The notes under the pieces are model-generated. The model made no database searches. It saw only the letters and a program-made list of their open reading frames with translations, and had not been told where the DNA came from. The translations under genes were made by a program, and so were the position numbers. Below are positions 36,702-51,400 of a stretch of 58,577 bases of DNA, in pieces (the stretch's first letter is position 1; each line of letters begins with the position of its first letter). Source of the stretch: an uncultured Anaerolineaceae bacterium (GTDB lineage Bacteria > Chloroflexota > Dehalococcoidia > Tepidiformales > Tepidiformaceae); contig CAZHMF010000003.1 of NCBI GenBank assembly GCA_964533605.1, positions 1 to 58,577 on the forward strand, written 5' to 3'.

Positions 36702-38498
36702 TTGTCGACCGCCGACCAGTCATCACCGCGTCCCGAACAAGAAGCCCCCGAGCCAGTAATCGAGGACATGGGGGCCTTGCTGGACCTCGAGTCCGCCCAA
36801 TCGGGCTCTGTCCGCCGGGGCGAGATCATCGACGGCACCGTGCTCGGCGCGTCACCGGACGGTGTGATCGTCGACGTCGGCGCCAAGATGGAGGCCGTCA
36901 TTCCCCCAGGTGAGATGCTCTCGCTGGGTGTCGAGGGGTCGAGCAAGCTCGGCGCCGGCGACACCGTGAAGGTCATGGTTCTCCAGCCCTCGTCGGCTGA
37001 AGGCCACGCAATCGTCTCGCTGGACCGGGCTCGGGGTGAGGAGGGCTGGGCTCTCCTCGCAGAGCGTCAGGAGTCGGGCGCCATCTTCGAAGGCCAGGTC
37101 ACGGGGCACAACCGGGGCGGGATCCTCGTAAACGTAGACGGTGTCAACGCATTCGTCCCGCTGTCACAGGTCGACAGCATCCGCCGCGACAACCCGGATG
37201 CGGCGTCGCTGCTCGCGGGCCTCGTCGGCAAGGCACTGAAGCTCAAGGTCGTCGAGCTCAATCGGAAACGGAACAGGGTGATCCTGTCCGAGCGGGCGGC
37301 TATGGCCGAAGAGCGGAAGGCGTCCCGCGAGCGCGTGCTCGCCGAGATCGAGGAGGGTCAGATCCGGGTCGGCCGTGTCTCATCGGTGACCGACTTTGGG
37401 ATCTTCATCGATCTGGGCGGCGCCGACGGACTCGCCCACATGACCGAGATCACCTGGGAGCGCGGCAAGAAGGCCAAGGACCTCTTCAACGTTGGCGACG
37501 AGGTGAAGGCTTACGTTCTCAAAGTCGATCACGAAACCAAGAAGATCTCGCTCTCGCTCAAGAGAGCGCACCCCGAGCGCTGGGACGAGGCAGTTAACCG
37601 CTTTGTCATCGGCCAGGTGCTCATCGGGCGCGTTACCAAGCTCATGGCGTTCGGCGCGTTTGTCCGGCTCGACGATGGAGTCGAAGGATTGATCCACATC
37701 TCAGAGCTCGCCAACCGCCGGATCCAGCATCCCAAAGAGGTGGTGAGGGAGGGGGACGTCGTCCCCGTCAAGCTCGTGCGCATCGAGCCGGAACGGCACC
37801 GTCTGGGGCTGAGCCTTCGGCAGGCCCGCAGTGATGCCGAAGCCATGGGCTTCGCGTTCGACCATCAGGGTGGGGTCATCGATTGGCCGGACGACATAAG
37901 GGACCAGTTCGAGCTTGGTGAGCGAACCGAGCCGGCTCCCACGCCGCCGCGCACGCCGCAAGAGGCCATCGAAAGAGCGGTCTCTCGCGACCCGGAGCCG
38001 GTGTCGGCGTTTGCTCACGCTTTCGCGCAGGCTCTCGAGAACGCGGAGAACTCCGAATTCGCCGTACCGGAGGAAGAAGCAGCGGCCGTAGGGGGCGCCG
38101 TGGCCGAAGCTTCGGTGGAAGAGGACGCCCAGGATGCGGTCGTCGCGGCGGGAGGGGAGTCCGCTTCTGCAGACGAGCCCGCCGCTACCACTGCAGCCGA
38201 GGCGGCTCCCAGCGCGGACGAGCCGGCTTCCTCCGCACCGGCTGAGGACCATCCGGAGGCCGCGGCCGCCATCCCCGAGGAGGCCGTCGAGGAAGCTCCT
38301 GCGGAGGCCGCCACGCCGGAGAGCGATGAGCCCGTGGCCGGTCTGGAGAACGCGAGCGGTGTTGCCGGTGATTCCGCTGAAGACGAGAACAGGGAAAACT
38401 CGGAGGCCTCCGAGGTTGCCGTCGAACCCGAGAGCGGCGAAGCTGAGAGTGAGGCCGACGACTCTGCGGAAGCATCCAGCCAAGGAGGAACAGGCTGA
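36702..38498 (+). CDS. rpsA: 30S ribosomal protein S1 (four S1 domains) with long acidic C-terminal tail
   Basis: Four repeats of the G.I..G.V......G..V.L pattern (GEIIDGTV, GAIFEGQV, GQIRVGRV, GQVLIGRV). TTG 36702 is preceded by GGAG 7 nt upstream. ATG 36768 is an alternative start. Confidence 0.86.
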   Translation: MSTADQSSPRPEQEAPEPVIEDMGALLDLESAQSGSVRRGEIIDGTVLGASPDGVIVDVGAKMEAVIPPGEMLSLGVEGSSKLGAGDTVKVMVLQPSSAEGHAIVSLDRARGEEGWALLAERQESGAIFEGQVTGHNRGGILVNVDGVNAFVPLSQVDSIRRDNPDAASLLAGLVGKALKLKVVELNRKRNRVILSERAAMAEERKASRERVLAEIEEGQIRVGRVSSVTDFGIFIDLGGADGLAHMTEITWERGKKAKDLFNVGDEVKAYVLKVDHETKKISLSLKRAHPERWDEAVNRFVIGQVLIGRVTKLMAFGAFVRLDDGVEGLIHISELANRRIQHPKEVVREGDVVPVKLVRIEPERHRLGLSLRQARSDAEAMGFAFDHQGGVIDWPDDIRDQFELGERTEPAPTPPRTPQEAIERAVSRDPEPVSAFAHAFAQALENAENSEFAVPEEEAAAVGGAVAEASVEEDAQDAVVAAGGESASADEPAATTAAEAAPSADEPASSAPAEDHPEAAAAIPEEAVEEAPAEAATPESDEPVAGLENASGVAGDSAEDENRENSEASEVAVEPESGEAESEADDSAEASSQGGTG

Positions 38499-38561
38499 GC
38501 GAGGCCGGCCCCCGGATGACGAGCGAGTACCGGGGCTCAGGGTTGCCAGGAGGACACGCAG

Positions 38562-41054
38562 GTGGCTGATCGATTCGACAAGTTCACTGAGCGCGCCAGA
38601 CGCGTCCTCACACTTGCGCAAGAAGAGGCGCACCGCTTCAACCACAACTACATTGGCACAGAGCACATACTGCTCGGGCTCGTCCGCGAGGGAGATGGTG
38701 TCGCCGCCAAAGTCCTGGCGAACCTGGGCGTGGAACTGAACAAGGTCCGCTCTGCCGTCGAGTTCATCATCGGCCGTGGAGACCGGACCGTTCTCGGCGA
38801 GATCGGCCTGACCCCCCGCGCGAAGAAGGTGATAGAGCTCGCCGTCGACGAAGCGCGCCGCCTCAACCACAGCTATATCGGCACCGAGCACCTGCTTCTC
38901 GGACTCGTCCGCGAAGGTGAGGGGATCGCGGCAGGCGTCCTCGAGAGCCTCGGTGTGAACCTCGAGCGGGTGCGAGCCGAGACCACCAGGATCCTCAGCC
39001 AGTCGGCACCCCAGGCGACCACGGCCGCCGGCGGCACGCGCCAGGCTTCCCGTACGCCGACGGTTGACCAGCTCGGGATCGACCTGACCGCGGCGGCAGG
39101 CAACTCGCAACTCGATCCGGTCATCGGACGGGCAACCGAACTCGAACGCCTCGTGCAGATCCTGTCCCGGCGCACGAAGAACAACCCGGTGCTGATCGGT
39201 GAGCCAGGCGTCGGCAAGACCGCCATCGTCGAGCTTCTCGCCCAACGAATCGCCTCCGGTGACGTACCGGAGACGCTCCAGGGCAAGCGTCTCCTGACCC
39301 TCGATGTGGGTTCACTGGTTGCCGGCACCAAGTACCGCGGGGAGTTTGAGGAGCGCCTCAAGAAGGTCATCGAAGAGATCAAGAGCGCGGGCAACTGCAT
39401 GCTCTTCATCGACGAGCTCCATATGCTGGTTGGAGCCGGTGCAGCCGAAGGCGCAGTCGACGCTGCGAACATCCTCAAACCGTCGCTCGCCCGGGGCGAG
39501 CTTCAATGCATCGGCGCGACGACGCTCGACGAGTACCGAAAGCACATTGAGCGTGATGCGGCGCTGGAGCGACGATTCCAGCCCGTTCGTGTGGACGAAC
39601 CGTCTGTCGAAGAGACAGTGGAGATCCTCCGCGGCGTCCGCCAGCGTTACTCGGAGCACCACAAGCTGGACATCGGGGACGATGCTCTGCAGGCCGCGGC
39701 CGAACTCTCGTCACGGTATGTGATTGACCGATTCCTTCCGGACAAGGCGATCGACCTCATCGACGAGGCGTCGAGCCGGGTGAGGATCAGGAGGTCGGCG
39801 ACACCGCCTTCTCTGGCCGAGGCACTGAAGGGCCTCGAGAGCCTGCGCCGGGAGAAGGACCAGGCTACGGCGGCCCAGCAGCTGGACTATGCCGAAGAGC
39901 TCGGTGCACGTGAGGCAAAGCTGGAAGACAAGATCAAAGAGATGGGCGAGTGGGGAGAGGGAGAGGCAGGTATCGCAACGCCCGTCGTCGGCGAAGAGGA
40001 TATCGCCGAGGTGATCTCAATGTGGACCGGCATTCCGGTCGCGAGAATCGCCAGTGAGGAAAGCGCCCGCCTGCTGCGTATGGAGGAGTCCCTCCGCGGA
40101 CGGGTGATCGGCCAGAACGAGGCGATCGAGTCCATCGCGCGCGCCGTACGGCGTGCGAGAGCCGGGTTGAAGGACCCGCGCAGGCCGATCGGCGTGTTCC
40201 TGTTCTGCGGCCCCACCGGGGTCGGCAAGACCGAACTTGCACGAGCTCTCGCAGAGTTCATGTTCGATTCGCAGGACAACATGGTGAAACTCGACATGAG
40301 CGAGTTCAGCGAGAAGCACACTGTCTCGAGGCTCGTCGGAGCGCCGCCGGGATACGTTGGCTACGATGACGGCGGGCAGCTTACCGACACGGTTCGCCGG
40401 AAGTCCTACTGCCTGATCCTTCTCGACGAGATAGAGAAGGCGCACCCGGAGGTGTTCAACCTCCTGCTTCAGATCTTCGACGAGGGCCGCCTCGCCGATG
40501 CGAAGGGCCGGAAGGTCGACTTCAGAAACACGATCATCATCATGACGTCAAATGTGGGCTCAGATCTCATCAAACGGGATTACAGGCTCGGCTTTGGTTC
40601 CGCCGGTCACGATCAGCAGCAGAACGACGAAGACCGCTATCAGCGAATGAAGGACAAAGTGCTGGCGGAGCTAAAGAACGTGTTCCGGCCCGAATTCCTC
40701 AATCGCGTCGACAATACGGTCGTGTTCCGGTCACTCAGCCGTGATGACATCCGTCAGATCGTGGACCTTGAGCTCGCCAAGGTGCGTCAGCAGCTCACGA
40801 CGCGTGGTGTCGCCCTCAATGTGACGGATGAGGCCAAGGACTGGCTCGGAGAAAAGGGCTATGACCAGATCTTCGGTGCCAGACCGCTGCGCCGTGTCAT
40901 CCAGGACAACATCGAGGATCAGCTGAGCGAGCGGCTTCTGGCCGGCGAGTTCGGCCCCGGCGATACGGTACTCGTCGATCGCAAGCCCGACGACGATGAC
41001 GACGACGGTGGGCTCCACATAGAACGGATGAGGGAGCCGGTAGGGATCAGCTGA
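38562..41054 (+). CDS. clpC: ATP-dependent Clp protease ATP-binding subunit ClpC
   Basis: Duplicated Clp_N repeats ([13 protein letters not shown] / [13 protein letters not shown]), two AAA+ modules ([16 protein letters not shown]), a UVR-like linker. GTG start after AGGAGGA. Confidence 0.92.
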   Translation: MADRFDKFTERARRVLTLAQEEAHRFNHNYIGTEHILLGLVREGDGVAAKVLANLGVELNKVRSAVEFIIGRGDRTVLGEIGLTPRAKKVIELAVDEARRLNHSYIGTEHLLLGLVREGEGIAAGVLESLGVNLERVRAETTRILSQSAPQATTAAGGTRQASRTPTVDQLGIDLTAAAGNSQLDPVIGRATELERLVQILSRRTKNNPVLIGEPGVGKTAIVELLAQRIASGDVPETLQGKRLLTLDVGSLVAGTKYRGEFEERLKKVIEEIKSAGNCMLFIDELHMLVGAGAAEGAVDAANILKPSLARGELQCIGATTLDEYRKHIERDAALERRFQPVRVDEPSVEETVEILRGVRQRYSEHHKLDIGDDALQAAAELSSRYVIDRFLPDKAIDLIDEASSRVRIRRSATPPSLAEALKGLESLRREKDQATAAQQLDYAEELGAREAKLEDKIKEMGEWGEGEAGIATPVVGEEDIAEVISMWTGIPVARIASEESARLLRMEESLRGRVIGQNEAIESIARAVRRARAGLKDPRRPIGVFLFCGPTGVGKTELARALAEFMFDSQDNMVKLDMSEFSEKHTVSRLVGAPPGYVGYDDGGQLTDTVRRKSYCLILLDEIEKAHPEVFNLLLQIFDEGRLADAKGRKVDFRNTIIIMTSNVGSDLIKRDYRLGFGSAGHDQQQNDEDRYQRMKDKVLAELKNVFRPEFLNRVDNTVVFRSLSRDDIRQIVDLELAKVRQQLTTRGVALNVTDEAKDWLGEKGYDQIFGARPLRRVIQDNIEDQLSERLLAGEFGPGDTVLVDRKPDDDDDDGGLHIERMREPVGIS

Positions 41055-41225
41055 CCGGCATCGATCCCTGTGCTGCCCCCGCGGGCCGTGCTTCGACTTG
41101 ACTTCCGCAGAGGTTTGGCACTAGCCTTAGTCTGGCTTGTCGTGTCCATTCTCTTCCCAGAATACCCTCGGCCCTAGATCCTCTGTGTCTACAAGGCACC
41201 CATGTCCTGAAGGAGTCGCTACAGG

Positions 41226-44200
41226 ATGACACCCCCCCGTGATTCCGAGATTCCGACTGACGACCGACCGCTCGATGTACGGAGCTACGGCCGGATCGTC
41301 AACGTTCTCGATATCCCGAATCTCATCCAGGTTCAACTGGACAGTTTCAACTGGTTCGTGCGCCAACCCGACGGCGTCCTGCCGGCCACGGACGACCGTG
41401 ACGGCGTTCCGGGACTCCGCGAGCTGCTGGATGAAATCTCGCCGATTCAGGACTTTACGGGGTCCAAGATGGAGATCTGGTTCCGGGACTACGAGTTCCG
41501 GGCTCCCAAGTTCTCCCAGGATGAATGCCGCGAACGGGACCTGACGTTCTCCGCTCCTCTCTTCGTCGAAGTTGAACTCCACATCCGCGAAAGCGGAGAG
41601 ATTAAGGAGCAGCGCCTCTTCTTTGGTGATTTCCCCCTGATGACTGATAAGGGGACCTTTATCGTCAACGGTGCGGAGCGAGTAGTCGTCAGCCAGCTGG
41701 TGCGTTCGCCGGGAGCCTACTTCACCATCGATCACGACGCCGCTACGGGCCGCCGTCTCTGCATGGCGAAGCTCATTCCCAACCGCGGCGCGTGGCTCGA
41801 GTTCGAGACCTCCAGCAGAGGCCTTGTTGCCGTCAAAGTCGATCGCAAGCGCAAGATCCCCATCTCGATCCTCGTTCGCGCGATCGACACACCGGGCCTC
41901 ATCCCCGGCGATGAAGAGAACCCAAAGTTCGAGAAGTACTTTGCCGCTCAGGCGGCCTACGATGAGAATCCGATCCCCGAAACGGAACGTCCCCGCGACG
42001 CCGCCCTTCGGGAACTCGAGCACAGTCTCGGCACGGACGATCGGGTGCTGAAGCTCTTCGCCGACGTAGATACCGGCGACGTCATGGAGTTCCTGCCGCT
42101 GACGATGGCGAAGGACACGACGGAAGACAAGCATCAGGCGCTGCTCGAGTTCTACCGACGCTACCGTCCCGGCGACCCGCCTACACTGGAAAACGCCCGG
42201 TCGCAGATCAACACGCTCTTTTTCAACCCGAGGCGCTACGACCTCGGGAGAGTCGGCCGCTACAAAGTGGATCGGCGTCTGCGATTCCCGGAAACAACGA
42301 CACAGCGCTGGCTTCGGCCCATCGACCTCATTGAGATCATGCGGGAGATCATCCGCATGAACGGCGGCCAGGGTGGAACCGACGGAAGAGGCCGGGCCGA
42401 CGACATCGACCACCTCGGCAACCGGCGAGTCCGTGCCGTCGGCGAGCTGATCCAGCAGCAGTTCCGCGTGGGTCTGCTTCGCATGGAACGCGTCGTTCGC
42501 GAGCGGATGACGATCACGGACCCGGAGGAGGCGACGCCCAGCGCGCTCATCAACATCCGTCCCGTGGTGGCCGCGATGAAGGAGTTCTTCGGCGGCAGCC
42601 AGCTGTCACAGTTCATGGACCAGACCAATCCCCTCGCTGAGCTGACGCACAAGCGGCGTCTCAGCGCCCTCGGGCCCGGCGGTCTCTCTCGAGATCGTGC
42701 CGGATTCGATGTGAGGGACGTTCACTTCAGCCACTACGGAAGGATCTGTCCGATCGAGACACCGGAAGGGCCCAACATCGGCCTTATCGGGTCACTTGCA
42801 ACCTATGCACGCCTGAACGATTTTGGTTTCATCGAGACTCCTTATCGCCGAGTCATGCATGATCTCTCACCTTCTCAGGACGAGCTGATCGGGCACACGA
42901 TCCGCGATGACATCGTCGACAGCAAGGGCAAGACGGTTGCGACCGCCGGTACGGTCATCGACGCTGCCGTGGCGAAGAAGCTGAAGGCGAGGCGCGCCCG
43001 CGTACCGGTCGAACCCGTCGTCACCGACGACATTATCTTCCTGACGGCGGATGAAGAAGACCGCTACGTTGTGGGCCAGGCCAATGCTGCGCTCGATTCG
43101 CAGGGGAAGTTCATCGAGGAACGCGTCGAGTCGCGCTTCAACGAAGAGTTCAAGGCGGTTCTCCCGGAAGAAGTTGACTTCCTCGACGTGTCACCCAAGC
43201 AGATGGTGTCCGTCGCCACGGCTCTCATCCCCTTCCTCGAGCACGATGACGCCAACCGGGCGTTGATGGGCTCCAACATGCAGCGCCAGGCGGTCCCGCT
43301 CGTCAAGCCGGAAGTACCGCTCGTGGGCACGGGTATGGAGCGTAGGGCCGCAGTCGACAGCGGTCACGTCATCACCGCGCTTGGCGACGGTGAGGTCGAG
43401 GAGGCGACCGGCCGGCGCGTCGTCATCAAGTACGACGACTCCGCCCTCGGAACGGAGACCTATCCGTTGGTGAAGTTCATCCGGTCGAATCAGAGTACGT
43501 GCCTCAACCAGCGACCGGTCGTCCTCAAGGGTGAGCGTGTTGTGGCCGGGCAGCCGATTATCGATAGTTCCAGCACGGCGAACGGCGATCTCGCCCTCGG
43601 CCAGAACGTGCTCTGCGCGTTCATGAGCTGGGAGGGATACAACTTCGAGGACGCCATCATCATCAGCGAGAACCTTGTCCGCGAGGACAAGTTCACGTCC
43701 ATCCACATCGAAAAGTACGAAGTGGAGGCGCGGGACACGAAGCTCGGCCCCGAAGAGATAACGCGGGACATCCCGAACGTCGGGGAAGAGAGCCTCGCAC
43801 AGCTTGATGAGGACGGTATCATCCGGATCGGTGCCGAAGTTCGGGAGACCGACATACTGGTCGGTAAGATCACCCCGAAGGGTGAGACAGAGCTGACCGC
43901 CGAGGAGAAGCTGCTCCGCGCCATCTTCGGCGAGAAGGCGCGCGAAGTTCGGGACACGAGCCTGCGCGTTCCCCACGGAGAAAAGGGCAAGGTCATCGAC
44001 ATCAAGGTCTTTGACCGTGCCCGGAACGACTCTCTCTCCGCCGGCGTCAACAAGATGGTGCGGGTGAGCATCGCTCAGCGCCGGAAGCTCTCCGAGGGAG
44101 ACAAAATGGCGGGCCGCCACGGCAACAAGGGCGTGATCAGCCGCATCCTCTCTCGCGAAGACATGCCGTATCTGGAGGACGGTACCCCGATCGATATCAT

Positions 44201-45138
44201 CCTCAACCCGATCGGCGTTCCGAGCCGCATGAACATCGGGCAGGTGCTGGAAACACACCTCGGCTGGGCCGCCAACGTCCTCGGGTTCCGCGCCATGAGC
44301 CCGGTCTTCGACGGTGCCGACGACTCGTCCATCGAAGATGCCCTCGCTCGTGCCTGGATCGCTCAGGAGTCGGGCGCCTTCTTCTACGTCGATCCACGGT
44401 CCCGGGACTTCGATCTCGAAGTGGCCTGCGATTGGCTGCAGACGAAGGGCTATGACCCGGCCCCCATCTTCCGGGAACCCGAACCCGGCGCCGCCCGGCA
44501 GGCCTGCCTCGAGATCTGGCTGAACGAGCTCGCGGGGTCCGGTCTTGCCAGGAAGGTGACCGCCGGGAAGCTCGACTTTCCGACCCTCCAGGAGCGGTCT
44601 CAGCAGGCGTATGCAGAGCACCGGCTGCCGCCACCTCTCTTTGGCAAGATGGTGCTGACCGACGGCCGGACAGGCGAAACATTCGACCAGCCCGTCACCG
44701 TCGGATACATCTACATGCTCAAGCTCATCCACCTGGTCGAGGACAAGATCCACGCCCGCAGCACCGGCCCCTACTCGCTCATCACCCAGCAGCCTCTCGG
44801 CGGGAAGGCACAGTTCGGTGGCCAGCGCTTCGGAGAGATGGAGGTCTGGGCGCTCGAAGCCTACGGCGCGGCGCACATCCTCCAGGAACTGCTCACCGTG
44901 AAGTCCGACGACGTCGTCGGACGGGTGAAGACCTACGAAGCCATCGTAAAGGGCGAGGATGTCCTGGAACCGGGCGTACCCGAGTCATTCAAGGTTCTCG
45001 TCAAAGAACTGCAGAGCCTCGGGCTCTCGGTCCAGGTCGAGAACGAGAGCGGCGATATCAATTTCATGGAGGACTCGGGGAGCGAGCTTCCCGAGCTCGA
45101 CCTGAATCTCTCAGGGTTCGAAAGGGAGGACGTTTTCC

Positions 45139-45152
<14 letters not shown>
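41226..45152 (+). CDS. rpoB: DNA-directed RNA polymerase subunit beta
   Basis: Universal beta motifs, e.g. [41 protein letters not shown]. Confidence 0.97.
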
Positions 45153-49563
<4,411 letters not shown>

Positions 49564-49600
49564 GGCCGGCGGGCCTGCTCGCCCGGCGACCTCGGAATGC

Positions 49601-49635
49601 AACAGGGGGACGGCTCGTCGAGCCGCCCCCCTGTT
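49601..49635. terminator. long GC hairpin between convergent rpoC and hxlR-like gene (possible bidirectional terminator)
   Basis: AACAGGGGG-A-CGGCTC-GTC-GAGCCG-C-CCCCCTGTT gives 15 bp of stem with two single-nt bulges. No clear T tract on either side. Confidence 0.45.
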
Positions 49636-49650
49636 AGTTGGGCGCGTCTA

Positions 49651-50013
49651 CTAGACCATGGATGTACCGGCCGGCTCCGCCGGCCAACGCTCCGCCCACT
49701 CCCCGAGAGAGAGAACAATGCTGCGAAGCTCCTCACCCTTTCCCGTCAGGCTGTACTCGATGCGAACCGGGGTCTCCGGGTGAACCGTTCGGACGATCAC
49801 TCGCGCTGCCTCCAGCTCGCGCAAGCGCTCTGCCAGCAGCCGGTCGGACAATCCCGGTACTTTGCTCTGGATGTCGCTGAATCGGTGGGAGCCGGCGAGC
49901 ATGCTGCGAATGATTGCTCCCGTCCAGCGCCGGCCTATTAACTCGACCGCCGCCTGGAAACGAGGACAGTACGGACTAACGCCCGGATTCTTCACCGCGG
50001 ACTCTTCGTCCAT
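49651..50013 (-). CDS. HxlR-family (MarR-like wHTH) transcriptional regulator
   Basis: CPRFQAAVELIGRRWTGAIIRSML.GSHRFSDIQ..VPGLSDRLLAERLRELE...V.R. Confidence 0.85.
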   Translation of the reverse strand: MDEESAVKNPGVSPYCPRFQAAVELIGRRWTGAIIRSMLAGSHRFSDIQSKVPGLSDRLLAERLRELEAARVIVRTVHPETPVRIEYSLTGKGEELRSIVLSLGEWAERWPAEPAGTSMV

Positions 50014-50065
50014 GCGGCCAGCGTAACCTCACGCCCCCGAGGGTTAAAGCCACCCCGGCGGCCTC

Positions 50066-50587
50066 CTAACGGGCCGCCTTTTCGTCTCCCGTACGTTCCC
50101 GGACCGCCGCTTCAGGCACCAGCAGCACCAGCGCGACGGCTCGGATCGCCTCGCCCCTTCCAACCGCGTCGAGTCCCTCGCCGGTCTTTGCCTTGACGCT
50201 GACCCGTCCGGGCTCGATACCGGCCACTGCCGCGATCCGGTCTCTGATCGCCGCCTTGTAGGGCCGGAGCACCGGTGCCTCGGCGTGGACGGTTGAATCG
50301 ACGTTCTCGATCTCCCAACCGTCCCGGCGAACGATCTCTACGACCCGGCGAAGCAAGTCGGCGCTGTCGGCTTCGCGAAATGCAGAGTCGGCTGGAGGGA
50401 AGTGCTCTCCGATGTCTCCGAGGGCTGCTGCTCCGAGGAGTGCGTCGATGAGCGCGTGCAACAACACGTCGGCGTCGGAGTGTCCCCGCAGACCCGGGCC
50501 GTCCTCGATGAGTACCCCCCCGAGAATCAGCGGGCGCGATGGATCGGTGCGATGGACGTCTTCGCCGATCCCGGTCCTGAACATCAT
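50066..50587 (-). CDS. ispF: 2-C-methyl-D-erythritol 2,4-cyclodiphosphate synthase
   Basis: MMFRTGIGEDVHR, GHSDADVLLHALIDALLGA, GDIGEHFP. ATG 50587 overlaps the ispD TGA (ATGA). Confidence 0.9.
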   Translation of the reverse strand: MMFRTGIGEDVHRTDPSRPLILGGVLIEDGPGLRGHSDADVLLHALIDALLGAAALGDIGEHFPPADSAFREADSADLLRRVVEIVRRDGWEIENVDSTVHAEAPVLRPYKAAIRDRIAAVAGIEPGRVSVKAKTGEGLDAVGRGEAIRAVALVLLVPEAAVRERTGDEKAAR

Positions 50588-51273
50588 CCCTCCAACTCGG
50601 CCGCCAGCGCCCGGATCACTGTGAGGTCCGCCCGGGCGGTGAGTTTCACGTTGAACGGTTCTCCAGGCACCAACGCGCACCGGAGACCAACCCGAAGCAG
50701 CATCCCTGCGTCGTCCATCGCGTCCGCCGAATCGAGGCCGGCCGCCCTCAGCCAATCCTCGCGGCGCACCACTTGAGGAGTCTGGACGGCGCGCAGCGCG
50801 GCCCGGTCGAGCTGGGACGACACGCGTGTTCCGTCGTCGACTGTAGCGATCGTGTCCACTGGAGGGAGTCCGGGGACCGCACCGGGTCCCCCCCGAGCGG
50901 CCGCGAGAAGACGTCTCAGGAGGTCGGGCGTGGCCAGAGGTCTGGCGCCATCGTGGACTGCTACGTACTCGCCTTTGCAGACCTCCATCGCGGCCTCCAC
51001 GCTGTCCCGCCGTCTCTTTCCGCCATCCACCAGCCGGATGTCCGCGTCTTTCTGACGGGCCGCCCAGGCCGCGACGGCCCCGCCCGTTTCATCGTTCACA
51101 ACCGCGACCAGCGGGTGTGCGGATTCGACAGCGAGCAACGTTCTCAGGCTTCGGATGACAACGGGTTCCGAGGCGATGCGTTCGAGCAACTTGTCGGCGG
51201 AACCGTAGCGCCGCGAGGCGCCGGCGGCCACGAGCACCGGCTGCCAGTCGAGAGCGGGCCGCTTGACCGTCAT
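50584..51273 (-). CDS. ispD: 2-C-methyl-D-erythritol 4-phosphate cytidylyltransferase
   Basis: VLVAAGASRRYG, VHDGARPL, VQTPQ. Start at ATG 51273. Confidence 0.88.
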   Translation of the reverse strand: MTVKRPALDWQPVLVAAGASRRYGSADKLLERIASEPVVIRSLRTLLAVESAHPLVAVVNDETGGAVAAWAARQKDADIRLVDGGKRRRDSVEAAMEVCKGEYVAVHDGARPLATPDLLRRLLAAARGGPGAVPGLPPVDTIATVDDGTRVSSQLDRAALRAVQTPQVVRREDWLRAAGLDSADAMDDAGMLLRVGLRCALVPGEPFNVKLTARADLTVIRALAAELEG

Positions 51274-51400
51274 CGCCAGATGTTCCGGCCCTGGCCCCGT
51301 TGTCGCAACACCGGGGCCAGGCCGTCTTCTAAGATGGATCTTCGGGCTCTGGCGAGCCGCGTCCAATTCGGCCCGTTCGAGGCCCCCGGGGAGCAGCGAG

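Noticed and set aside
36382-36759. 125-aa plus-strand ORF, and 35610..36488, covering the 5S region
   Set aside because: They run straight through the 5S rRNA gene and its terminator, so the rRNA call explains the sequence better.
37701-39245. 514-aa minus-strand ORF spanning the rpsA-clpC junction
   Set aside because: It is antisense to two well-supported genes and crosses their intergenic region. The sequence is low-complexity and Arg/Gly-rich.
43191-44876. 561-aa minus-strand ORF, plus 41127..42413 and 48412..49602
   Set aside because: All are antisense shadows inside rpoB or rpoC, with no recognisable domains.
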